This document shows, piece after piece, positions 38,968-47,012 of a stretch of 64,000 bases of DNA. Origin of the DNA: a virus (Duplodnaviria > Caudoviricetes); the IMG/VR virus record IMGVR_UViG_3300014208_000024, positions 308,284 through 372,283 of that record, one strand, 5' to 3'. The first letter of the stretch is position 1; every line of letters begins with the position of its first letter. The notes below the pieces were generated by a model, which was given only the letters and a program-made list of their open reading frames with translations, made no database searches and was not told the DNA's origin. A program made the position numbers and the translations under genes.

Positions 38968-39049
38968 AAAGCCAAAGGGGGAGGAAACTCTCCCCATTTT
39001 TTTCTCTTTTTTTTTGCATATTTAATGGAAATTCAAAACACCATTATCT

Positions 39050-39286
39050 ATGAAACCAAAAGAAACATTTAAGGAAATGCTCACTCTTTGCTATGAAGAA
39101 GATTTCCCAGAATTACACAAAGAATTAATTTCACTTGAAAGTGAAACAAAAAAGATCAGAGACTCGTATAAGTATGAAAAAGCAATGGAGGAAATATTTA
39201 ATCTTATACCCCTATTTTCTGAAGACTTTCCCCAGGAAATAATGTTGCAACTGGAAAAACTATATGAAGATTGTATAGAAGAATAA
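39050..39286 (+). CDS. Hypothetical acidic protein
   Basis: ORF after terminator. Confidence 0.65.
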   Translation: MKPKETFKEMLTLCYEEDFPELHKELISLESETKKIRDSYKYEKAMEEIFNLIPLFSEDFPQEIMLQLEKLYEDCIEE

Positions 39287-39301
39287 CTTAATTTAAATAA
39301 A

Positions 39302-39904
39302 ATGAAAAAAATCTCTGGAGACGTTATCGCTCACCTCCTGTTTGGAGTGGCTGCAATTGGTTTATTAATCGGTGGAGCTATTATGCTAATAGCATCTTTC
39401 TTTACAGCTCTCCCTATATTTAATGCTTTTATCGTATTAACACTGGGAGCTATCCTATATGTGGGAGTTAGACTTTATTTTGTATTCGGCGATGTACTGG
39501 AATCTATAACTAAATTAATAGAAATTTCTTCCTCTCCCCAGATAAATAAGAACGGTAGAATATATAAAAATGGATTGTTAACAAAACAAATGGGATTTGG
39601 AGACCTGCCAACTCATGATCTATCAAAAATTCCACATCCTGCACCAGGATTAATTGATGAAATTCTTATTGATGAAAATACAACCCCAGAGGAAATTGAA
39701 AATATTAAAAAGAAATATCCTGGGTTCTCTCATGCAATTGATGAAATACTGGAAAAGGTTGGGGGGATTTCACGTACATCTACTTTACCCCTATCTTCTC
39801 TCTCTTCTTTTAAATTAGAAAAACTTCTTCAGGAAGCTATTGATAAAAATGATTTTGAAAGAGCTGCTGAAATAAGAGACGAAATTAATAGAAGGAATAA
39901 GTAA
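39302..39904 (+). CDS. Membrane protein with C-terminal UVR (UvrB/UvrC) motif
   Basis: Two N-terminal TM helices; LEKLLQEAIDKNDFERAAEIRDEI. Confidence 0.7.
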   Translation: MKKISGDVIAHLLFGVAAIGLLIGGAIMLIASFFTALPIFNAFIVLTLGAILYVGVRLYFVFGDVLESITKLIEISSSPQINKNGRIYKNGLLTKQMGFGDLPTHDLSKIPHPAPGLIDEILIDENTTPEEIENIKKKYPGFSHAIDEILEKVGGISRTSTLPLSSLSSFKLEKLLQEAIDKNDFERAAEIRDEINRRNK

Positions 39905-40071
39905 CCTTTTAAAAATTAATCCGTATAAGATAGTAAGAGTAATTTATATAACAAGTTGTATCTACTAATCGCATGATTAAAACCCCACACCCAAAATTTG
40001 CTGGGGTTTTTTTATTCCCACTTTTTAAAATAATTTGCTTTATATAGTTATTGTTAAAAAAAACTAAAGCT

Positions 40072-40242
40072 ATGTTTGAAAAACTAATCTGGAAACTGTT
40101 TAAAATGAACAGGAATGATTTCAATAAGGCAGATAAGAAAATTGAAAAGATACTGCTTGAAGTTTATGAAAAAGGTAAAAAGGATGGCAAAAAAGAAATG
40201 TCAAAATTAATGTCGATATTAGTTAAAAAAACAATATTATGA
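40072..40242 (+). CDS. Small hypothetical protein
   Basis: Start MFEKL behind class-A promoter. Confidence 0.65.
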   Translation: MFEKLIWKLFKMNRNDFNKADKKIEKILLEVYEKGKKDGKKEMSKLMSILVKKTIL

Positions 40243-40628
40243 AATTAGAAATTAAGCAATACAAATATGAAAAAATAGAGGTGTCATCAAAAGAAATTGA
40301 ATTGCCAACTGAAACCTCTTACTTTTTTCAAACTGGAATAAGACGTTCAATAAAAATAACTCCACGTTTTACAACTTGGAATAAAAAACACTATAATAAA
40401 GAAGAAGAGTTATATGAACTTATAGTTGTTTGTTTATACCAAAATTTTGAATGTAAAGCAGAAAAGTTCAGCTTAAGAGTTAATGAATTAGAAAATATTT
40501 ATTATTCTGAAAAAGACGAAAATAAAGAATTTGTAACTGCATTGATTGATGGTTGTTTTAATAAAAGAACTAAAGAACAATTTGATGCTGATTTTAAACA
40601 CATATTTTCAGAAATGCAGTGTCTTTAA
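40239..40628 (+). CDS. Hypothetical protein
   Basis: ATGA overlap with previous gene. Confidence 0.7.
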   Translation: MKLEIKQYKYEKIEVSSKEIELPTETSYFFQTGIRRSIKITPRFTTWNKKHYNKEEELYELIVVCLYQNFECKAEKFSLRVNELENIYYSEKDENKEFVTALIDGCFNKRTKEQFDADFKHIFSEMQCL

Positions 40629-40629
40629 A

Positions 40630-41160
40630 ATGAAAAAATTTCTCCTGTTCATATTCAATTTATTCAATAAGAAATCTCTGGAGCCCCCAAAACCAGAACT
40701 CATCGTCATTAGCAAAAAATCAAATAGCGGAAGTACAATACAAAACCATTTTGTCTATACAGCTGCAAACCCCAGTATTAAATCTCTGGCCGCTTCTGTG
40801 CTTCTTAAAAATGATCTTATGTTTCAAGATGTAGACTACCTGGAAGATGAACTTCATAAATGGCTCGAATTTCGTGAAAGATATCTATATAAACAACTGA
40901 TATTAAAAAAAGGTCTGATATGTACCTATTGTGGAAAACCCCACCTGGAAATCGGAGGTAGAACCCCCAAAGATATTATCGCTAATAACAAAAACCCAAA
41001 CCTGGCAACTATAGACCATATTACAGCGCTCGCTAATGGGGGATCAAAGTATGATGAAGATAATCTATGCGTTAGCTGTAAAAAATGCAACAGAAACAAA
41101 GGAACAACCCCAGTGGAAGAATTTAAAAGAAAATTAAATTTTAAAAATTTTAATCAATAG
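40630..41160 (+). CDS. HNH endonuclease
   Basis: CTYCG...TIDHITALANGG....DNLCVSCKKCNRNKG. Confidence 0.85.
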   Translation: MKKFLLFIFNLFNKKSLEPPKPELIVISKKSNSGSTIQNHFVYTAANPSIKSLAASVLLKNDLMFQDVDYLEDELHKWLEFRERYLYKQLILKKGLICTYCGKPHLEIGGRTPKDIIANNKNPNLATIDHITALANGGSKYDEDNLCVSCKKCNRNKGTTPVEEFKRKLNFKNFNQ

Positions 41161-41498
41161 TTGTAACCTTTTTTAATTTTTCTCGTATTAATAGGTAACT
41201 TGGATAACTTGGACGCCCGTCCTTAAACTATTCAAGTCTTTGTATTCTTTGTCTGTTTTATTTTTTAGAAACCCCTGAGCTTGTCCCTCTGGGGTTTCAG
41301 TTTTTTAAAAACTTTTTTTTAAATTTCGGTTCCGTCGTAAACCCCCACAAACAATCTCTTTTTCTATTTTTTATTTTTCTTTTTTTAAATTTCGGTTTGC
41401 TCGTAAACCCCCATAGTAAAACCCCCAATCTAAAATTCCCACTTTTTTAAAAAATTTGCTTTATATAACTTTTGCCTTTTTTCTGCGTATAAACCATT

Positions 41499-41774
41499 AT
41501 GGAAATATCAGTAACAATTGAATCTATAAAACCAATTACCCTGGACCAGCTGTCCAGAGAAAAAACATACGTGGTTTTTAACTCAACATCATTCTATATT
41601 CACTCTGGGGATGATCTAAAGTGTCTGACAAACCAGGATGACATTAACATGACAACATCTCAGCTCTTTGATAATATAGGCCCCGCAGGATCGCATTACG
41701 TAGCTGAATGTGAATCTATGGACGCTGCACTGGATTACTTTAATTCAGGTCACTGGAGATCATATAGTGAATAA
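41499..41774 (+). CDS. Hypothetical protein, last gene of the array
   Basis: Behind overlapping class-A and TATAAC-N16-CGTA motifs. Confidence 0.65.
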   Translation: MEISVTIESIKPITLDQLSREKTYVVFNSTSFYIHSGDDLKCLTNQDDINMTTSQLFDNIGPAGSHYVAECESMDAALDYFNSGHWRSYSE

Positions 41775-42429
41775 TTATAACTAAGTTTTGTTACAGAGCC
41801 CTTGGGGATTATCCCAGCTTATTTTCATATCTGTTTTAAAAACTTTTTTTTTAATTTCTTTTTTGTCGTATACGCAGTTTTCCAAAAACTAAATAAAAAA
41901 TAGAATTAGAATAGAACTACATCTTCTCTACCAATGTGCGTCACTTCAGATTTTTTATTCCTGGGCCCAATTTTTTCTCAGGGACCTGTAACATTCTCAA
42001 TAAAATCACGTACCAATTAGTACAAGGGGGAAACCCCACAATTTTTAGATGACAACATTTAAAAACTAACGAATAAGAAAGGAGTATACTATGAAAAGGT
42101 AATTTGAAAATAATCTGATAGACTTTTGGGAATGAAACAATATAGTTGTCTCTCCCCAGAAGAAAACAATAAAGTTATTATTGTTATCAGGATTACTATT
42201 TTTTGATCGCTAATTTTTGGGGATTATTTCCCCCTAGGATAACTACACCTCTTCCTTAAAAAAATGAAGTGAGTTCTCCCCACAAAATAACTATGCCCAA
42301 AAATATTTAAAATTTGTAAATTTATTTAAGGTTTACATAGGGGGATTTCTATAACCAAAAACTCTGGGGGCTTACTCTCATCCAAAACCCCCCACTATTT
42401 ATTGTAAATTTATAATTTCACTTATTCTT

Positions 42430-42447
42430 TTGTTCCACGTGGAACAA
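42430..42447. promoter_or_regulatory. parS: parS-type ParB binding site
   Basis: Perfect palindrome TTGTTCCACGTGGAACAA matching the chromosomal parS consensus TGTTYCACGTGRAACA, inside a 1.2-kb gene-free region. Confidence 0.8.
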
Positions 42448-43057
42448 CTATATCCCCCTCAGTCATTTTAAAAATATTTAAAAGGTCCCTTATTTTTTTA
42501 AAAATCAAAGGTGAGTATTTGGGGGCACTGAGTGTGAGTCAGTTGCGTCCCACCCCAGACCCCAAAAAGTATTTTTCACAACAACAATTTTTTCTTCTAA
42601 CTTTACATTTAACCATTTATCTAAAAACCAGTTAGTTACTTATTTAAAAGTGCAAATAAGTGGGATAAAGTGGTAAATCTCCCCAGATTTCCCCCATAGT
42701 TTTTCCCTCAATCTTTCCCCAGAAATTCCCCATTAATAATTTGGGTAATTCTCCCTTAATATTCTGTAACAATATTATGTTATAAATGTTACATTTCTCC
42801 CCAGGAAATTCTGCAGGTAATTTAAGTAATTTCTGTCGCATATTTAGCATATATATGTGACAAGCAACATGCAACATCTCCCTGATAATTAATTAGAAGT
42901 GGGGGTTAAAATAGCGGAGGGGGGTCGGCGGATTAAAGAGGTAATTCTCCCCATAATATTAAGAAGTTAAAATTGGTACTTCTCCCCATGGTTTTTATCT
43001 ATCTTTGTTTTTTGAAATAATTTTGTTTATATTTATTTTATATAAAACAAAAATAGA

Positions 43058-43783
43058 ATGAGATCGATCACAGAAGAAAGGTTAGCACGACAATTAATAA
43101 GGGAAGAAATAAAGAGGTGTATTATATATGAGGGATTAATTTTTTCTTATTCTCCAGCTTTTATATTTACTAGTTTAAAGGGCATGGGTTATAGTGATAT
43201 TTTTTACAATAAGCACAGGAAGGTATTTAGTATAAATTTCGCTTTGGGTTCTGATAATGAATCAAGGTATAGGGATCTGGATCATTTTTTAGACAATGTT
43301 TGTGGATGGTTTCATGGTTCGAGTATTTCTAACAAAAATGTTTTACCAAACAAAACAAGTTTCATTGATATAATATCTGGGAATGTTTTTCTTCAGTATG
43401 AAGCGAAGTTTAATATAAGAGTTGAAAAATTACCAGGGAAGATATATCATTTAACCACGGAGGAAAAGTTAAAAAAGATATTAAAAGTTGGGTTGACTCC
43501 AAAGAGTTCTATTTTGTTATTAAATTACAGAGACAGGATATATTTTTCTTTGAATTATGATTCATTAATAAATTTTTCCAAACAAAAATCTTCCATTACG
43601 AATAAAAATGATTTTATTATTTTAGAGGTAGAAACTTCTAAAATAAATCATGGGACAAGGTTTTTTGAAGATCCAAATTTTTTGAATGGGGTTTACACTT
43701 TAGAGAATATTCCCCCATATGCAATTAAGCCTTTTATTAAAATAAAGGTTGATGGAGAATTGGTGGATAAAGTTTTCATATAG
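43058..43783 (+). CDS. ADP-ribosyltransferase-fold (Tpt1/ART-like) protein with N-terminal tag
   Basis: KIYHLT....KILKVGLTPK...RIYFS...ILEV...GVYTLENIPP pattern; TATTTAT promoter. Confidence 0.55.
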   Translation: MRSITEERLARQLIREEIKRCIIYEGLIFSYSPAFIFTSLKGMGYSDIFYNKHRKVFSINFALGSDNESRYRDLDHFLDNVCGWFHGSSISNKNVLPNKTSFIDIISGNVFLQYEAKFNIRVEKLPGKIYHLTTEEKLKKILKVGLTPKSSILLLNYRDRIYFSLNYDSLINFSKQKSSITNKNDFIILEVETSKINHGTRFFEDPNFLNGVYTLENIPPYAIKPFIKIKVDGELVDKVFI

Positions 43784-44335
43784 ACCTATCGGTCTTTGCT
43801 TTTTTGAAATATTTTTCTTATATTTGAATTAAAAACATTTATGGAATCACAAAAGAACAAACCTATAAAAAGGATTAGGATAACTAATAAGTTAATGGAT
43901 TTACTGGTATTAAAACTTTTCAGGTCTGAGCAAATAAACAGAGATCGTTATTTAAAGAACAAAATGAATGGAGAGTGGGAGATGGAAGTTCCTCCATTGG
44001 TAATAGATTTAAACAACAGATTAAACATTTCTATAAAGGATATACATAGGTATATAAGGAAGCAAGAAGAAAGCATGAATTCTTTTTCTACAGTGATTGG
44101 TTATCCTTATATTTCTTTGGTATCAAACAATTCGGAGAATGATTTACAGATTTTCATTAATTCTTTTAGTTATGATAGTGATGGGGGAATTTCCTGTAAT
44201 GATATAAGGGCATATTCAAGATATTTTATTATGCATTATGACAAAAAGAAGAAGTATACGTTTTATAATAGATAAATAAAAAACCCCCACCCAAAGGTTT
44301 CAGATTTTCATATAGACCTATCGGTCTTTGCTTTT
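43773..44335. repeat. 31-bp direct repeat flanking gene 43841-44275
   Basis: TTTTCATATAGACCTATCGGTCTTTGCTTTT at 43773-43803 and 44305-44335; shorter cores near 47070 and 52851. Confidence 0.85.
43841..44275 (+). CDS. Hypothetical protein
   Basis: ORF behind TTTG-N19-TATATTTG promoter. Confidence 0.7.
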   Translation: MESQKNKPIKRIRITNKLMDLLVLKLFRSEQINRDRYLKNKMNGEWEMEVPPLVIDLNNRLNISIKDIHRYIRKQEESMNSFSTVIGYPYISLVSNNSENDLQIFINSFSYDSDGGISCNDIRAYSRYFIMHYDKKKKYTFYNR

Positions 44336-44373
44336 GGAATAATTTTGCTTATATTTATAGAAAAATTAATTTC

Positions 44374-45351
44374 ATGAAAAGAATAAAAGAATTTATAAAA
44401 GAAGAAATAAACATTTTTTTAGAATCTTGGGGAAAGCAAGATGACATAAGCAATCATTCAAAAGAACTTGCTGAATTAATAGTTTCTTTTTTGGGGAATT
44501 ATATAAAAATCAACAAAGAAGATTTATACGATGGGTATGAATGGGAATTTAGTAGAAAAGAAATTATAAAAACTGATTATTTCAAAAAAAGCACTTTAAT
44601 TGGTGGCATTAAATTAAGTGTAAATTATTTAAACTCTAAAGAAAATAAAATATCTGGTTTTTTTAAAAGAGTTCAATTGTTAGATAATGGTTATTATTTA
44701 GTATTTTTAGAAATAAATGTAAAAATAAAAGATAATATAGAAAATTATATAAATCAAATAGAATATTGGATTTCACACGAATTGCATCATGCTTTTAGAT
44801 ACATAAAAACTATTAATAAAAAATCAAAGTCAAATAGTTTGAATTGGGTTAAAAATAAAACTAGGAATCTAGCTGCTGATTTTTTACACAAGCACCCCTC
44901 TCTCAACGAATTTGTTGACATGATTTATTTATCTTTGCCACAAGAGGTGGAAGCAAGAAAACAAGAAACAGCATCTCAGTTAAAATACGATAAAAGTATA
45001 AATCCAGATCAAACGTATGAATATTTAATGCAATTTCAACCAATAACAGATTCAAGGAAAATGAGAAATTATTCCACAGAAGAAGTTTTAAAGATTGATA
45101 TAAATACATTAAAACAATTTATGGATATATTTAACAAAAATTTAAAAGAGAAGGGTTTAGATACCTGGATTCGAAAAGATATAAATATATTTTTTGAATT
45201 CTGGAAAGAAAGGATTGTTGATGCTGGGGTAGAACTTAAAAAAAACATTAACAGGATGGTTTCAGATAAATATCTTTATAAGAACGAATCTGAATTATAT
45301 GATAATGTAGACTGGGATATTATAAGTGAAGCTTATGGTATTAAGGATTAA
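44374..45351 (+). CDS. Zincin metallopeptidase-like protein (paralog A)
   Basis: SHELHHAF (HExxH) and downstream EVEAR; TATTTATA promoter. Confidence 0.7.
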   Translation: MKRIKEFIKEEINIFLESWGKQDDISNHSKELAELIVSFLGNYIKINKEDLYDGYEWEFSRKEIIKTDYFKKSTLIGGIKLSVNYLNSKENKISGFFKRVQLLDNGYYLVFLEINVKIKDNIENYINQIEYWISHELHHAFRYIKTINKKSKSNSLNWVKNKTRNLAADFLHKHPSLNEFVDMIYLSLPQEVEARKQETASQLKYDKSINPDQTYEYLMQFQPITDSRKMRNYSTEEVLKIDINTLKQFMDIFNKNLKEKGLDTWIRKDINIFFEFWKERIVDAGVELKKNINRMVSDKYLYKNESELYDNVDWDIISEAYGIKD

Positions 45352-45379
45352 TATCTTTTACCCACTCGCCTTGATCATT

Positions 45380-45637
45380 TTAGATATCATCTGAAGATTG
45401 GGAATAGTTATATTTTGCTTCATCTTGGGTTTTACACCATCTAATTATTGATGAGCTATTAATTTCTCTGTCGTATGGATCGACATAGCAAAAGACATCA
45501 TTTCCTTTTTTCACTTGTTTATTTAGCCCCAGAGAATCTTCGCAAGTACCTTTCATAACATCTTCTACTTGCACTGCTGTTTGAAGTTTTGTTTTACGAA
45601 AGTTTTCTTTATTTGGTTGTCTAATGTATATAGCCAT
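45380..45637 (-). CDS. Hypothetical protein
   Basis: End of minus-strand operon. Confidence 0.65.
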   Translation of the reverse strand: MAIYIRQPNKENFRKTKLQTAVQVEDVMKGTCEDSLGLNKQVKKGNDVFCYVDPYDREINSSSIIRWCKTQDEAKYNYSQSSDDI

Positions 45638-45639
45638 AA

Positions 45640-46254
45640 TTATTTAAAATCATCACATTCATTACACTTTTTCTTACTACAAGATTTAAAAGAAGATGAT
45701 CCTTCTAAATCAGCACAACACGTTTTCTTATTTTCTTCATTAGTAGTTTCGATATTGTATTCTTGTTTAAGTTCTTCAATTAATTTTTTGTTATTTAGGA
45801 TTTGGTTTACATGAGATTTTATTTGAGAATTGTATTCTTTTATTTTCTCATTAACTTTTTGGTTTATAAAATCTTTTTCATTGAAGTCGATAAGTTCATT
45901 GATGGTGATAGAGAAATCAACATCACAATGTCCCCCATATGCCCAGTGATCTGTATAATTAAGATAAATTTCTTTTTCTTCTAAGTCAATGTCTGTAACA
46001 GAAAGGTTACCTCTTGTATGACTTATTTCAGAATCAAACTTGGTATGGGTAAAATTAAATTTATTACAGATTTCAATATATTTGTTAACATAATTACAAG
46101 CAGCTTCACAAATTTGTGTTTTTAATAAAGATCTTTCTTCTTTAATAGACTTCTCTTTTGCAAGATCAATAATTTTCTTTCCGTCTATTATTTCGGAGTA
46201 AGAGTGTTTTAAAGACTTTTTATAATTATTGATTACTTCCTGTATGTTTTTCAT
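45640..46254 (-). CDS. Hypothetical protein
   Basis: Operon member. Confidence 0.7.
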   Translation of the reverse strand: MKNIQEVINNYKKSLKHSYSEIIDGKKIIDLAKEKSIKEERSLLKTQICEAACNYVNKYIEICNKFNFTHTKFDSEISHTRGNLSVTDIDLEEKEIYLNYTDHWAYGGHCDVDFSITINELIDFNEKDFINQKVNEKIKEYNSQIKSHVNQILNNKKLIEELKQEYNIETTNEENKKTCCADLEGSSSFKSCSKKKCNECDDFK

Positions 46255-46265
46255 GTTTAAAGTTT

Positions 46266-46628
46266 TTACATTGATTTAATAATAGATTGAAGGATTTCTA
46301 TTCTTTTTTTGGTTCCTATTTTTGTTCCTACTGGAAACCAATAGCACCCCAAAGATAAGTTTTTTTCTTTTGGTTTATATTTCAGCAATTCTTTATAGAT
46401 TGATTTATTGTTTAGATAATATCGGTTTTTTTGAATATATGAAACAAATTGGTCGAAGAAAAGTAAATTTGAAACTGCTAACTCTATAGTAAGACAAAAC
46501 CCATAAGTGTATACTCCATTTATTTTTGAATTTTCAATAATTCTCAGGGCTTCACAATAGATTTTTTTTCTAATAATTTTTGTGTTTCTAGTTTCGTTTG
46601 AAATTGGTATTAATAAACTATTTTTCAT
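46266..46628 (-). CDS. Paralog family member 1 (RKKIY..GFC..YWFP)
   Basis: Shared motifs with 46641, 54520 and 54847. Confidence 0.75.
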   Translation of the reverse strand: MKNSLLIPISNETRNTKIIRKKIYCEALRIIENSKINGVYTYGFCLTIELAVSNLLFFDQFVSYIQKNRYYLNNKSIYKELLKYKPKEKNLSLGCYWFPVGTKIGTKKRIEILQSIIKSM

Positions 46629-46640
46629 GATTGGTTTAAA

Positions 46641-46991
46641 TTACATTGATTTAATAATATCTTTCAGTATTTGGATTCTTTTACCGAAACCTTCTTTATT
46701 AGTTGGAAACCAATATCCGAACGCTCCTTTTTTTTTATATTTAAACAATTCGGTATATACATATCCATCCCAAAAGAGGTTAAATTTATCGTGTATTTTG
46801 TAGTTGGTTAACTTATTGAAATCAATAGCATTGAAAATAGCATAGCAGAATCCGAATGTAGGGTGATTATCTTTATTGATTTCAAAGATTTTCAAAGCTT
46901 TTTGATAGATTTTTTTTCTGAGGGCTTTGGTATTTCTTGTTTTATCTGTAATAATAATTTTTTCCATTGGAGGAAATATATATGCGGCCAT
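46641..46991 (-). CDS. Paralog family member 2 (RKKIY..GFC..YWFP)
   Basis: Shared motifs; behind TGAAAC-N16-CGTA. Confidence 0.75.
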   Translation of the reverse strand: MAAYIFPPMEKIIITDKTRNTKALRKKIYQKALKIFEINKDNHPTFGFCYAIFNAIDFNKLTNYKIHDKFNLFWDGYVYTELFKYKKKGAFGYWFPTNKEGFGKRIQILKDIIKSM

Positions 46992-47012
46992 AATTTTATT
47001 TTTATTAAGTTA

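Larger units (their letters stand above)
8695..41467 (+). promoter_or_regulatory. Dispersed class-A promoter-like motif CCCWCTTT-N9-TT(T/C)GCTTTATATA, about 57 plus-strand copies and 1 minus-strand copy
   Basis: Copies start at 8731, 9313, 9788, 9869, 10817, 11524, 11741, 12040, 12383, 12818, 13069, 13469, 13897, 14181, 14719, 15012, 15670, 15926, 16200, 16496, 16980, 17394, 17722, 18113, 18380, 18793, 19379, 19601, 20366, 20655, 21020, 21413, 22011, 22364, 22827, 23434, 24441, 25068, 25496, 25751, 26440, 26644, 27007, 27534, 28541, 29002, 29523, 31931, 32415, 33336, 33593, 33836, 34741, 36012, 37567, 40017 and 41438; the spacer varies in sequence but not in length; most lie a few tens of nt before an ATG. 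Confidence 0.85.
9261..41874 (+). repeat. Element B: T-tract + AAATTTC(G/T)GTTT(G/T)G(T/C)CGTAAACC, 11 forward, 1 inverted and 1 degenerate copy
   Basis: Forward copies end at 9284, 9758, 11712, 12769, 14682, 19348, 22797, 26410, 37539, 41343 and 41409; inverted at 10606-10637; degenerate near 41844-41874. Confidence 0.85.

Noticed and set aside
38483-39030. Additional class-A promoters at about 38500 and 38990
   Set aside because: Only the CCCCA-T-tract of GGGGAGGAAACTCTCCCC terminators is present; the TTTGCTTTATATA box is missing.
8695-41467. Class-A repeats as a CRISPR array or classical integron attC array
   Set aside because: The intervals are whole genes of about 80-2500 bp. The motif has fixed promoter-like spacing and no attC R'/R'' inverted core, and there is no integrase in the window.
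42644-42877. 77-aa minus-strand ORF in the parS region
   Set aside because: No leader or promoter, and the translation reflects G/C tract repeats.
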